Of a stretch of DNA of 64,000 nt, positions 11,628 through 21,930 are shown piece after piece (positions within the stretch are counted from its first letter, which is position 1; each line of letters starts with the position of its first letter). The notes under the pieces were generated by a model, which had not been told where the DNA came from, ran no database searches, and saw only the letters and a program-made list of their open reading frames with translations. The position numbers and the translations under genes are program-made. The stretch is from positions 186,001 to 250,000 of the forward strand of contig CDROCS010003917.1 in NCBI GenBank assembly GCA_977020255.1. Reading direction: 5' to 3'. The stretch comes from Obrimoposthia wandeli (lineage: Eukaryota).

Positions 11628-12776
11628 TTAAGTTCCTTTTGCAGCAGTACGCTGACCAATAAAGTTAAAGAACGAGACGCAAACCACCACTGCTATAAAC
11701 AACAATGAGTAACCAACTGCTGCTGAGCCACCTAAATCTTGAGTACGCCAGGCAATAAATGAATGCAGTGTCATCGATTCAGTAGCGATACCTGGGCCGC
11801 CATTGGTTAATATATTGGGTAAATCAATTATCTTGAATGCCTCAATTAAGCGAATCAATACCGCTGTAGCGGCAACCGGTGCTATCGCTGGAAAAGTAAT
11901 ATCTTTAAAGACGCGCCATGAGCTAGCACCATCTAACTGCGCCGCTTCAATTTGCTCTTTGGGTTGATTTTCAATGGCGGCTAATAGCACCATGAACAAA
12001 AAGGGAATCCACTGCCAAGAATCGCCAAGTAATACCACCCAACGCGCTAGCCATGCATCAGCTGCCCATGAGAAATCACCGAGGCCAAAACCTAACCAAA
12101 TAGGAGAGAAAGGGCCTTGCGACATATCCATCATCATGCGAAATGCATATGCAATGCCAACAGGTGTCACCATGATAGGAATGAAAAAAGCCATGCGAAA
12201 AAAGTTACGCCCGCGAATGTTTTGTGCACACAAAAGTGCTAAACCAAGAGCGATCACAAACTGTATAGAAACCCCTGCAAAGACGTAAAACAAAGTAACG
12301 ATTAACGATCCTGGATGGCCGCTATCGTTAAGTACAGAAAAAGCTAAAATAGTTAATACAGTAAAAACGATGACGGTAATTAAACGACCAATAGTACCAA
12401 TCACACTGACAGTCGCACCGCGAAAGTAACGTACTAACCAATAGCAAAAGCCACTAAAAACGATACCAATAATGGCCCATTCCCAGAGCATTATTTCGCC
12501 TAAAGTACCGACAAAATGGTATTGCTGAGAGCCAGAAATAAGTTTTTTGAAATTCCTAAAACCAACGAATTTTAATTCAAATCCGCCGCGTACTAACTTA
12601 AAGCGCGATAACGCGAGGTAAGCAGATAGTAGTAAAGGATAAATAGCTAAACCTAAGATAATAATTACCGTAGGTAAAATCAGCAGCTTTGGCGCTTCCT
12701 GATCTAGCCATTCTTTGTAACTTACCTTGCGTTTAGGGTGCGTGCTATCTTGCATTTTTTTTTGAGCAGCCAACAT
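11628..12776 (-). CDS. Sugar ABC transporter permease (MalF-like, extra TM insertion)
   Basis: 'EAAQLDGASSW' EAA loop, 'WQWIPFLFMVLLAA'. Confidence 0.92.
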   Translation of the reverse strand: MLAAQKKMQDSTHPKRKVSYKEWLDQEAPKLLILPTVIIILGLAIYPLLLSAYLALSRFKLVRGGFELKFVGFRNFKKLISGSQQYHFVGTLGEIMLWEWAIIGIVFSGFCYWLVRYFRGATVSVIGTIGRLITVIVFTVLTILAFSVLNDSGHPGSLIVTLFYVFAGVSIQFVIALGLALLCAQNIRGRNFFRMAFFIPIMVTPVGIAYAFRMMMDMSQGPFSPIWLGFGLGDFSWAADAWLARWVVLLGDSWQWIPFLFMVLLAAIENQPKEQIEAAQLDGASSWRVFKDITFPAIAPVAATAVLIRLIEAFKIIDLPNILTNGGPGIATESMTLHSFIAWRTQDLGGSAAVGYSLLFIAVVVCVSFFNFIGQRTAAKGT

Positions 12777-13047
12777 GAAAGATTACTCTTAAGCGATGAA
12801 GTGCTGAGTCTTTTAAAGACTGTACCAAATAGATACTGTCAAAATAGGTGCTAGCAAAATAAGCGCTGCTAAAAATAATCCCTATTAAATGAGCTCTAAT
12901 AAATAGGCACTGCTTTAAAAAGATCGAGCTTTTTATTATAAGATGAGACCTTTGCACGACATTAGTAATAGAACTAATAGCCATCGACAAAGGCCTCTTT
13001 ACTTCTACAGAATTTTCTAGCTCAAGTAACCTTGAGCCGTAACCGTA

Positions 13048-14547
13048 TTACTGACCTAGAGTCGCTTTATAAAGTTTTAGCTGTTCTTCTACGCCTAAAT
13101 CTTCGTTTAGCTCATTCCAGCCTTCTTCAATAGATTGCATGGTTTGGTTAACGTCAATTTCATTAGCCAGGAAGCGTGCAATGGCAGTATCTAATACCAC
13201 TTGCTGGTAGTTTTGGTTCTTAGGAATACGCAAATCAAGCATCATGTTAGGGCTGTTTAAGCTGTTTTTAATCGCGCCTAAATAGTTATCTGCTGCGGTT
13301 TTACTCATACCCGCTGCTACCCAGTTATCAGTGGAGTTAAACTGTGATAAACGATATGGGTTAAAGCCGGTAATCCCTTTAGTAACATCAATATTTGATT
13401 GTGCAGGCTGGCTCACATAAGAAAAGAAATCATAAGCGGCATCTTTGACTTTACCGGTAGCAGCGGCGTTAATACCGCCAGACCATCCACCAAAGGCTGC
13501 GTAAGGCGCGCGGTTAACACCATCCACTGCGTGTGGGCAGCTAGTGGTAGTACATGCTTCTAACTTACCTGTTGCACGATTGAGCACTTTGGTAGAACCT
13601 GGCAGCATAATAGCGCCAACTTTATCAATGACCTTAGAGCTATTAGGATCAATTGCCAATGTTCCTATATCACCCCAATCTAGAGTCAGTGCACAGCGAC
13701 CAGAGATAAATAAGCTACGAGTATCACCTACATCTAAGTTGATTTCATCGGCAGGGGCATACTTGCTAGAATCTTTATAGATGTTTAAAGCAGCAGCGAA
13801 AGCTTCGTTGTTCACCAGTGGCTTCATATCTTTAGTATCAAAGAATGCACCTTGGCTAGTGCCTTGGCTTTGTAAGTAACCACCGGCAATTGACATGATA
13901 GACCAGTAAGCTTGGGCATTACGCTTTTTAGAGATACAAGAGCCGTAATCAGCTTTACCATCACCATTCATATCCTGACCATTTACCGCTTTTGCAACGG
14001 CTAAATACTCATCCCAGGTTTTTGGTGGCTCTAAGCCTGCAGCTTTAAGTACGTCAGTGCGGTAATAAACCATATGAAAATCACCATCTAACGTGATCAT
14101 ATAAGGCGTACCTTGATACTGGGAAGAGAAGGAGCGGAAGAAACCACTGATATCTTTTTCATCTAATGCCGTATCTTTAGCGATGCGAGTACTTAAATCT
14201 TCTAAAAACCCTGGACCGACGTAATCAACCATCCACTGTGGTGCAAATACAGCAGCATCGACACTGTTAGTGTCAGTTACGTAATCTGTCAGTAATTTGG
14301 TGTATAAATCAGAGAAAGGCACTGTCACAATGTTGATCTGCGCACCGGTCATTTCTTTAAACTCAGGCGCGTGACGTTGTAAAGGTTCAGCGATTTGTGG
14401 GCCGGTAAAGGTCATTACATTTACGGTGACGCCATCATACTTTTTAGCGAGCGCATTGCTGGCAGTAAGACCAAGCACAGTGGTTGCTGCTATGGCCACA
14501 CTGAGCGTTTTAAGCTTACTCGGATTTATCATTGTTGCTAGTTTCAT
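13048..14547 (-). CDS. Extracellular solute-binding protein family 1
   Basis: 499 aa with signal peptide; 'YYRTDVLKAAGLEPPKTWDEY'. Confidence 0.92.
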   Translation of the reverse strand: MKLATMINPSKLKTLSVAIAATTVLGLTASNALAKKYDGVTVNVMTFTGPQIAEPLQRHAPEFKEMTGAQINIVTVPFSDLYTKLLTDYVTDTNSVDAAVFAPQWMVDYVGPGFLEDLSTRIAKDTALDEKDISGFFRSFSSQYQGTPYMITLDGDFHMVYYRTDVLKAAGLEPPKTWDEYLAVAKAVNGQDMNGDGKADYGSCISKKRNAQAYWSIMSIAGGYLQSQGTSQGAFFDTKDMKPLVNNEAFAAALNIYKDSSKYAPADEINLDVGDTRSLFISGRCALTLDWGDIGTLAIDPNSSKVIDKVGAIMLPGSTKVLNRATGKLEACTTTSCPHAVDGVNRAPYAAFGGWSGGINAAATGKVKDAAYDFFSYVSQPAQSNIDVTKGITGFNPYRLSQFNSTDNWVAAGMSKTAADNYLGAIKNSLNSPNMMLDLRIPKNQNYQQVVLDTAIARFLANEIDVNQTMQSIEEGWNELNEDLGVEEQLKLYKATLGQ

Positions 14548-14774
14548 GGCTTGATAGCCTCCTGTTATTATATTTATCTAGGTTTGAACTTAACGGGTTG
14601 AGTCAGTTTTGTTTATTGCATATCTAAATGATAGTCACTGGCAACAATGCGTAGCACTTTAAAAACAGCTGCGTTTTGAAGGTAAAGAGGCAGCTTAAAC
14701 ATGACATAAGGCATCACATTTTAACGGTGCCCACTACTGATGAATCTCCTGCAGTTTGTTATCTATTACTCAAA

Positions 14775-15473
14775 TTATTCGTCGACAAAAAGCTTTGGCT
14801 GTTGTTGATGTATTTCTTCAACCAGTGAAACCACTTTGCCAACATGTATTTTCATAGCCTTCGCGGCAGCGTCACCATCGCTATTGCGGATAGCTTCTAG
14901 GATGGCCTTGTGTTCTTGGTGGGTATCTTCAGGGCGACCTGGAGAGGGTAGTAACAGCTTGCGCACTCTTGCCAATTGCGCATATGCACCCTCAATCACC
15001 CGCTTTAAACGGCCGTAACCGGTAAACTCGCAAAGCAACTGATGAAACTCTTCATCAAGTTGGTAAAAACTCACTAAATCTTGATCTTCGATGCATACTC
15101 TTTGAAACCGTAAATTCTTGGTTAGAGCATCAAGCATTTTGTCAGTGTGATGCTCAGCGACTTGCCTAGCGATAGCGACTTCTAAAGCTTGGCGGATGAA
15201 GGCACTTTCTTTCACATCTTCGATGCGAATTTTGGATACATAAGTACCTCGTTGTGGAAATACTTCCACTAATCTGTCTTCTGTGAGCTTGGCTATCGCT
15301 TCACTAACAGGGGTACGCGACACTCCTAAAGCCTTGCCGACTTCTTCTTTATTGATGGCAACACCCGGTACAAGTTGTTGATCTACAATTGCTTGTAGCA
15401 AAATGTCATACACTTGCATCGCCAGTGGGCGGCTGCGATCAAAGCTCACATCATGTAAAAAACTATAAGGCAT
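14775..15473 (-). CDS. GntR/FCD family regulator
   Basis: wHTH 'LGVSRTPVSEAI' plus FCD 'DEEFHQLL', 'EHKAILEAI'. Confidence 0.93.
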   Translation of the reverse strand: MPYSFLHDVSFDRSRPLAMQVYDILLQAIVDQQLVPGVAINKEEVGKALGVSRTPVSEAIAKLTEDRLVEVFPQRGTYVSKIRIEDVKESAFIRQALEVAIARQVAEHHTDKMLDALTKNLRFQRVCIEDQDLVSFYQLDEEFHQLLCEFTGYGRLKRVIEGAYAQLARVRKLLLPSPGRPEDTHQEHKAILEAIRNSDGDAAAKAMKIHVGKVVSLVEEIHQQQPKLFVDE

Positions 15474-15499
15474 AATTATTTATCTTCTGATCTATCATG

Positions 15500-15521
15500 C
15501 TAACATGTTAGTGTGCTAGCA
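15500..15521. promoter_or_regulatory. Candidate GntR operator palindromes upstream of gntR
   Basis: ctaacatgttag (15500-15511, perfect) followed by tgctagca (15514-15521). Confidence 0.35.
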
Positions 15522-15650
15522 TATATTTGGTCAAGCGTAATATCAAGTAATTACACATTTAATAATTATTCTTGGTTCCTCAGCTGTTTAATTAATAATA
15601 AGCTGTCGCAGTTAAACGAAGAAACTTTGCTATTTGAACACTTTGCGCTT

Positions 15651-15702
15651 AGTAAAATCAATGAGTTAAAGAACAACAAAAATTAAACTGGACACTAATG
15701 AT
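15651..15702 (+). repeat. 52-bp dispersed direct repeat, copy 1
   Basis: 49/52 identical to 31150-31201. Confidence 0.9.
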
Positions 15703-16034
15703 TAATACTAAGAAAAGCCTAGTAAACGAAGAAAATTCGCGCTATTTGAACATAAATAGCGCTAAGTGTAATGAAATATCCAGCGCTGCTATTTTTATAA
15801 CTAAAATATATAGGTAATTGGTTATTACATATAAGCTTTAGCAATAAAATGTAGGTAGGGCCGCGACTGAATATGATTGAAAAATACTGTTGAAATTGAA
15901 CAGCTAGACAGCAGGGATGAAATAGACGAATACGCAGGAACATATAAACAGGGCCAGCAATTAACCAAACTGTTCACTATCAATAAACTTCCTCATTACG
16001 CGCCCCGATATTAATAAAAAAAGGTAAATATTAG

Positions 16035-17567
16035 ATGGTCTCCAACACGCTAAGATTACACCCGAAAGACAATGTGATCGTCGCATTAACGGCATTACAA
16101 ATTGGTGCCTCTCTCAGTGAGAGCTCAGAGCTAAATATTAAAAACAGTATTGTCAAAGGCCATAAAATTGCTACCCGTGATATTGCTAAAGACCAGGCAA
16201 TCTACAAATATAATCAAATTATTGGCTTTGCCAGCGAAGATATTAAAGCTGGCGATCATGTGCATGTGCACAACTGCGCCATGGGTGATGATGAAGGTGG
16301 CTTTGAACGAGATTACGCTTTTGCTAGTAAAGTGGAAGCGGTTGATATGGTGCCGTTAGCGCAACGGCGTACTTTTCAAGGCTATTTGCGTAGTGACGGA
16401 AAAGCAGGCACCCGTAACTATATAGGCTTAATCGCCTCCGTTAATTGCTCTGCCACTAGTGTACGCTTTATCGCTGACAAAATTAAAGAGTCAGGCATTT
16501 TAAAAAGCTACCCCAATATTGATGGCATTGTCCCTATCTATCACAGTACAGGTTGCGGGATGGCAGATAGTGGGGAAGGGTTTGATAACTTAAAGCGTGT
16601 CATTAAAGGCTTTACCTTGCATCCAAATTTTGGAGGTATTTTATTGATGGGTTTAGGCTGTGAAGTCATGCAGATTAAACACCTATTGCAAGCACATGAA
16701 GAGCACCAATGCTTGCGCCAATTAACCATACAAAGCAGTGGTGGTACATCCAAAGCAATAGTAGATGGTGTAACCGCCGTGACCGCGATGTTAGATAGTG
16801 TCAATAGTGTTAAGCGCCAAGCAATACCGATAAGTGAGCTTACCGTTGCGTTGCAATGTGGTGGCTCCGATGCCTATTCAGGCATCACAGCAAACCCAGC
16901 TTTAGGCAGAGCCGCTGATCTGCTGGTGGCACAAGGTGGCACGGCTATTTTATCTGAAACAACAGAAGTGTTCGGTGCCGAGCATTTACTAACAAGACGT
17001 GCAGTGAGTCGCGAAGTAGGGCAAAAGCTGGTGGATCGATTAGCTTGGTGGCAAAGCTACACCGCTATGCATGGCGGCAATATGAACAACAACCCCTCAC
17101 CGGGTAATTTAGCGGGCGGTTTAACTACTATTCTAGAAAAATCATTAGGTGCGGTGGCAAAAGGTGGCAGTACTCCGATGCAAGGGGTTTATCTATATGC
17201 AGAACAAATTGATAAAAAAGGCTTTGTGTTTATGGATAGCCCAGGTTATGACCCTTGCTCAGTAACTGGGCAAGTGGCAGCGGGAGCTAATGTGGTATGT
17301 TTCACTACTGGTCGCGGCTCAGCTTTTGGCTTTAAGCCAGTGCCTTCTATTAAATTAGCGACCAACAGCCAAATGTATCAATTCCAAATGGAAGATATGG
17401 ATATCAACTGTGGCGATATTATTGAAGAAGGCTGCAGTATCGATACTAAAGCTGAAGAAATCTTAGATTACATTATTGAAACCGCGTCAGGAGCTCAATC
17501 TAAGAGCGAAGCGCTGGGGTATGGGGATAGTGAATTTGTGCCTTGGCAGATTGGTGCGGTGATGTAG
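16035..17567 (+). CDS. uxaA: UxaA/GarD family sugar-acid dehydratase (SAF domain)
   Basis: 510 aa; 'GHKIA', 'GTRNYIG..ASVNCSA', 'LQCGGSD', 'NNPSPGN.AGGLTTI.EKSLG', 'FTTGRGS'. Confidence 0.9.
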   Translation: MVSNTLRLHPKDNVIVALTALQIGASLSESSELNIKNSIVKGHKIATRDIAKDQAIYKYNQIIGFASEDIKAGDHVHVHNCAMGDDEGGFERDYAFASKVEAVDMVPLAQRRTFQGYLRSDGKAGTRNYIGLIASVNCSATSVRFIADKIKESGILKSYPNIDGIVPIYHSTGCGMADSGEGFDNLKRVIKGFTLHPNFGGILLMGLGCEVMQIKHLLQAHEEHQCLRQLTIQSSGGTSKAIVDGVTAVTAMLDSVNSVKRQAIPISELTVALQCGGSDAYSGITANPALGRAADLLVAQGGTAILSETTEVFGAEHLLTRRAVSREVGQKLVDRLAWWQSYTAMHGGNMNNNPSPGNLAGGLTTILEKSLGAVAKGGSTPMQGVYLYAEQIDKKGFVFMDSPGYDPCSVTGQVAAGANVVCFTTGRGSAFGFKPVPSIKLATNSQMYQFQMEDMDINCGDIIEEGCSIDTKAEEILDYIIETASGAQSKSEALGYGDSEFVPWQIGAVM

Positions 17568-17588
17568 GGAAGGGGGAATTAGTAGCGA

Positions 17589-17616
17589 GTTAGAAGCTAC
17601 AAGTTACAAGCTAGAG
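17589..17616 (+). repeat. Degenerate GCTACAA heptamer repeat
   Basis: gttagaa-gctacaa-gttacaa-gctagag just after the uxaA stop. Confidence 0.6.
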
Positions 17617-17735
17617 CAGGTCGTTATTCATACTTGATATTATAAGTAGCATCTATAGCTAACTACCTAGACTTACTGGTGTTTTTCGTAGTAAATTGGC
17701 GGCTTAACTCTCTTTCATATTATTAAGGATATTTT

Positions 17736-18239
17736 GTGAATAAGGTAATAGTTCGCCATAGCGAACCCGAAGATGCCCGTGCAATAAAAGCGATTTATCA
17801 ATGTGAGAATGCTTATAGCCAGACATTACAATTACCTTTTGTTTCCAACAAAAATTGGGATGAGCGCATGGCTAATATTCCAGATAATGTGTATAGCTTT
17901 GTCGCAGAAATCGATGCCAAAGTGGTGGGCAATTTAGGGTTTGAAATATGTAAAAACCAGCGCCGTCGACATGTAGGAAATTTCGGCATGGGCGTGATGG
18001 ATGATTACCAAGGAAAAGGAGTAGGTAGTGCGTTATTGGAAGCATTATTCAAGTTCACTGATCAATGGTTAAATTTAAGACGCATCGAATTAACGGTTTA
18101 CACGGATAACGAAGCCGCTATCGCTTTATATAAAAAATTTGGATTTGCGATTGAAGGAGAATCCAAAGACTTTGCTTTTCGAAATGGTGAGTATGTCAGT
18201 GCGTATAATATGGCGCGCTTAAATACCCCTTTGCAATGA
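17736..18239 (+). CDS. GNAT acetyltransferase (YhhY/AaaT-like)
   Basis: 'YQGKGVGSALL', 'LRRIELTVYTDNEAAIALYKKFGF'. Confidence 0.9.
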   Translation: MNKVIVRHSEPEDARAIKAIYQCENAYSQTLQLPFVSNKNWDERMANIPDNVYSFVAEIDAKVVGNLGFEICKNQRRRHVGNFGMGVMDDYQGKGVGSALLEALFKFTDQWLNLRRIELTVYTDNEAAIALYKKFGFAIEGESKDFAFRNGEYVSAYNMARLNTPLQ

Positions 18240-18285
18240 TCCCTACTTACGTTTCGAAGCCATTAGACGACGCTAAAGGAAAAAG

Positions 18286-18630
18286 ATGAAAATCTATAAA
18301 GGTAGTTGCCATTGCCAAAGTGTGTTATTCGAAGTTGCCTGTGATTTAGGTACTGCCCGCCAGTGTGATTGTTCTTTGTGTATACGCAAAGGCGCAAAAA
18401 TGGTTTATGCAAATGAATCAGATTACAAGCTATTAGCAGGGGAGCAAAATTTAGCTATGTATCAGTTTAATACTCATGCGGCCGAGCATTATTTTTGTAA
18501 AACATGCGGCATCTACACCTTTCATAAAACCAGAATCAAGCCAGATATGTTTGGTTTTAATACCGGCTGTTTAGAAGGCGTTGATGTTATGGCGCTGGAT
18601 GCAATTACCGTCCATGGCTCAAAGCGCTGA
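18286..18630 (+). CDS. GFA/CENP-V family Zn-binding protein
   Basis: 'GSCHC', 'CDCSLC', 'FCKTCGI'. Confidence 0.92.
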   Translation: MKIYKGSCHCQSVLFEVACDLGTARQCDCSLCIRKGAKMVYANESDYKLLAGEQNLAMYQFNTHAAEHYFCKTCGIYTFHKTRIKPDMFGFNTGCLEGVDVMALDAITVHGSKR

Positions 18631-18674
18631 GCTATTACCTTGAAAATTTAAAGTAATCCCTTATTTTAAAGCGC

Positions 18675-19412
18675 TCAATCGAAATTAACACTTTGTGATA
18701 ACAGGCGGCTAGGTCCAAGTAAGTGCGCTTTAATTAACGCTTTGGCGCTGTCTGTTTTTTTATCTATTAATGCGTTTATTAGGGCGTCATGTTCTCTTTG
18801 ATTATCGTCAAAAATACTAGGCTGCATCATATTGTCTTGCAACCATAAGTTGCGATAGCGAGAAGCTTTTTCATAAAGCGAACGCCTAACATGTAACAAC
18901 GTAGGGGATTGGCAGCCGCTGGCAATAGCTGTGTGAAACGCTTGATGCCTGCGCTCCCATTCTTGTGGATCTTGTTCTAACTTAGAATGATATTTTCGCA
19001 TACTGTGCGCTGTTGCTACTATTCCAGCTTCCCAGTCATCTCCACCACGTTCAATAGCTAGCTCTATACATAGCTGCTCAATTTCAGCACGGGTCTGGTA
19101 AATATCGATCATTTCCGCTTTTGAAATGGGGTGCACTGTAAAGCCGCGTTGGTTTTCTACTATCACTAATTGCTCAATAAGCAGTTGCGATAACGCTTCG
19201 CGAAGCGGGCTGATGCCCACGCTATAGCGCTCTTTTAAACGATTCATACGCAGCTTTTCCCCGGGCTTAAAGTAGCCACTAAGAATATCTTGCTTGAGCC
19301 TGCCCATTACTTGTGCGGCAAAATTATCTTTGGCCTGATTAGATAGCTCAGTAGTAGTGGCTTTAGCGGTTGTAGCAATAGCGTCTGGCAAGAAAGAGTA
19401 GCGATCAGTCAT
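18675..19412 (-). CDS. csiR: GntR-family regulator CsiR/GlaR
   Basis: 'LKQDILSGYFKPGEKLRM..LKERY.VG.SPLREALSQL', 'WERRHQAFH'; divergent from csiD. Confidence 0.9.
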   Translation of the reverse strand: MTDRYSFLPDAIATTAKATTTELSNQAKDNFAAQVMGRLKQDILSGYFKPGEKLRMNRLKERYSVGISPLREALSQLLIEQLVIVENQRGFTVHPISKAEMIDIYQTRAEIEQLCIELAIERGGDDWEAGIVATAHSMRKYHSKLEQDPQEWERRHQAFHTAIASGCQSPTLLHVRRSLYEKASRYRNLWLQDNMMQPSIFDDNQREHDALINALIDKKTDSAKALIKAHLLGPSRLLSQSVNFD

Positions 19413-19513
19413 TAGGTTGTTTTACTCAATGTAGTATTTGGCCTTAGTTTAAGGGATGTATTGCTAATAGTTAAGCAAGATAATAAATAAAAATGTTGAC
19501 GTAATTATAAAAT

Positions 19514-19538
19514 ATCGACATTATTGCTTTATGTCGAT
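19514..19538. promoter_or_regulatory. Candidate CsiR operator
   Basis: atcgacat-N9-atgtcgat inverted repeat in the csiR-csiD intergenic region. Confidence 0.45.
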
Positions 19539-19585
19539 TGTATGGCAAATTAATCCGCTTATTTATGAAAATAGGAAGCACAGCA

Positions 19586-20539
19586 ATGAATGCGCAATTA
19601 CAAGTAGCCTCAAAACCTAACAAGACTCGCGGTTTTCGTATTGAAAACCATGCTCTTAATAAACGCTTACAACGCGTTACTTTAAATGCACAAACAGTGG
19701 AACTGTTTAGCCAGCAAGTTGCAAAGTGGCCACTGCAAGCGCTTGAGTACAAGCCTTTTTTACGCTTTGAAGTTGCACATTTGTTAGATCAAATTACTCA
19801 AGGGGATTTGGGCGTGGCTTTGCTAGATATAATGACAAATCGTGCGCAAGGCGCATTTTTACTTGAATATGAAGGCCAGCCTGATATTGAAGCTGGGGAG
19901 CTGCGCACTGAGTTTGATATCAAGCTATCGACAGCCATATCGCATTTAATAGGCATGCCTAATCACGATTCGATGCACGGTAAATACTACGCCAGATTTA
20001 CGGTAGAAAATGTTGACAACTCTGACAGCTATTTGCGCCAAGCACATCGTCGTATGGAGTTACACAACGATGGCACTTATGTGCAAGAGCGAACTGATTT
20101 TGTGTTGATGCAAAAACTCGCTGAAGCGAACATGCAAGGTGGTGAATCTTTATTGCTACATGTTGATGACTGGCAAGAGCTGGATAAGTTTTATCATCAT
20201 CCTATGGCTAAACAAAGCATCGTATGGGGCGCCCCAAAATCTAAAAATGTTGAGCACAAAGTGGTGCATCCAGTTTTTTTTGAAGAGGATAAGCAAGGGC
20301 AGCCGCATATGCTGTTTATCGATCAATTTGCTGAGCCGCAAAATATGGCTCAAGGGCGATACCTTTATGAAATGGGTGTCTCATTAGAAGCCGATCCTAA
20401 TTATATTGCTGTGCCATTGGCAGCAGGATCAATGCTGGTATTGCACAATCATCGCTGGCTACACGGGCGCGATAAGTTTGTGGCACATCCACAGCTAATG
20501 CGTGAATTACTGCGCCAACGTGGTCATTTTACTCAATAA
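19586..20539 (+). CDS. csiD: Glutarate 2-hydroxylase (Fe/2-OG dioxygenase)
   Basis: 'ELHNDGTYVQERTDFVLM', 'WLHGR'; likely start ATG 19586 after aggaag. Confidence 0.93.
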   Translation: MNAQLQVASKPNKTRGFRIENHALNKRLQRVTLNAQTVELFSQQVAKWPLQALEYKPFLRFEVAHLLDQITQGDLGVALLDIMTNRAQGAFLLEYEGQPDIEAGELRTEFDIKLSTAISHLIGMPNHDSMHGKYYARFTVENVDNSDSYLRQAHRRMELHNDGTYVQERTDFVLMQKLAEANMQGGESLLLHVDDWQELDKFYHHPMAKQSIVWGAPKSKNVEHKVVHPVFFEEDKQGQPHMLFIDQFAEPQNMAQGRYLYEMGVSLEADPNYIAVPLAAGSMLVLHNHRWLHGRDKFVAHPQLMRELLRQRGHFTQ

Positions 20540-20633
20540 AAAGCGTAAGCTGCTACAATTGTTAACTTTGTATTAGCACCACATTTTTAAAATGTTTTTT
20601 AGTATTACTTGAGCAAAGATTTTGAGAGAGAGT

Positions 20634-21836
20634 ATGACGTACGATTATATAGTGATTGGTGGGGGCATTGTCGGCATGTCAACCGCTTGGCAATTACAGC
20701 AGCGCTATCCAGAAAAAACAGTGCTGCTGTTAGAAAAAGAAAACAGCTATAGCGCCCATCAAACAGGCCACAACAGTGGTGTTGTGCACGCTGGTGTTTA
20801 TTATGCGCCGGGCAGTTTGAAAGCGAAATTTTGTAAAGAGGGAGTTGATGCAACGCTCTCTTTTTGTCGTGAGCACGATGTTGCCTTTAATCAGTGCGGC
20901 AAAATGTTAGTGGCGACTAACAACGTCGAAGTTGAGCGTATGCAAGCGCTCTATCAGCGTTGCGCGCAAAACGGGATTAACGTTGAATTGCTTGATGCGC
21001 AGCAACTTAAACAGCGTGAACCTAATATAGTAGGCCTTGGTGGACTGTTTGTGAAAGATACCGCCATTGTTAATTATCAGCAAATTACCACTAAAATGGC
21101 GCAGTGTTTTACAGATGCTGGTGGCGATGCACGCCTTAATCACAAAGTTATTGCCTTGCAAGAATCACCGTCTGTTGTCACTGTTGAAGTGGATAATGCT
21201 GGAGAAATATTCAGCTTTGAAGGGCGATTTTTGATTACTTGCTCAGGGTTAATGGCAGATCGTACTACCAAGATGTTAGGCATAAAAACAGACTTTCAAA
21301 TAATTCCCTTTAGAGGTGAGTATTATCAATTACCCGCTAAGTACAACAACATAGTTAACCATTTAATCTACCCAATACCTGATCCTGAATTGCCCTTTTT
21401 GGGGGTGCATTTAACCCGTATGATCGATGGCAGCGTTACAGTGGGGCCAAATGCGGTGCAAGGTTGGAAGCGAGAAGGTTATGCTAAGCTCAATTTTAAC
21501 TTCAAAGATGTATGGCAAATGCTGTGCTTTAGCGGCTTTTGGCGAGTATTGAAAAACAACTTTGCCACAGGTTTAGTGGAAACTAAAAACTCTTGGTACA
21601 AACCTGGCTATTTGAAAACAGTGCAAAAGTATTGCCCGCAATTAACTGTAAAAGATCTACAGCCTTACCCAGCAGGTGTGCGAGCGCAAGCGGTGATGAA
21701 AGATGGCTCTTTAGTGCATGATTTTTTGTTCGCAACCAGCCCGCGCAGTTTGCATGTGTGTAATGCGCCATCTCCTGCAGCGACTTCAGCAATACCTATC
21801 GGCAAATACATTTGCGATAAGTTGGAAGAGCTTTAA
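20634..21836 (+). CDS. lhgO: L-2-hydroxyglutarate oxidase/dehydrogenase
   Basis: 'GGGIVG', 'HQTGHNSGVVHAGVYY.PGSLKA', 'PFLGVHLT', 'NAPSPAATS'. Confidence 0.95.
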   Translation: MTYDYIVIGGGIVGMSTAWQLQQRYPEKTVLLLEKENSYSAHQTGHNSGVVHAGVYYAPGSLKAKFCKEGVDATLSFCREHDVAFNQCGKMLVATNNVEVERMQALYQRCAQNGINVELLDAQQLKQREPNIVGLGGLFVKDTAIVNYQQITTKMAQCFTDAGGDARLNHKVIALQESPSVVTVEVDNAGEIFSFEGRFLITCSGLMADRTTKMLGIKTDFQIIPFRGEYYQLPAKYNNIVNHLIYPIPDPELPFLGVHLTRMIDGSVTVGPNAVQGWKREGYAKLNFNFKDVWQMLCFSGFWRVLKNNFATGLVETKNSWYKPGYLKTVQKYCPQLTVKDLQPYPAGVRAQAVMKDGSLVHDFLFATSPRSLHVCNAPSPAATSAIPIGKYICDKLEEL

Positions 21837-21872
21837 AGCTCTATTGTCAAAACGGTGGATTATCGCTTATAA

Positions 21873-21909
21873 AAAACGACTGGCTATATGAATGATAACC
21901 AGTCGTTTT
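21873..21909. terminator. Probable bidirectional terminator between lhgO and the HAD gene
   Basis: aaaacgactgg / ccagtcgtttt 11-bp inverted repeat between convergent genes. Confidence 0.6.
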
Positions 21910-21930
21910 ACTGAAAATCCCACTGTACTT

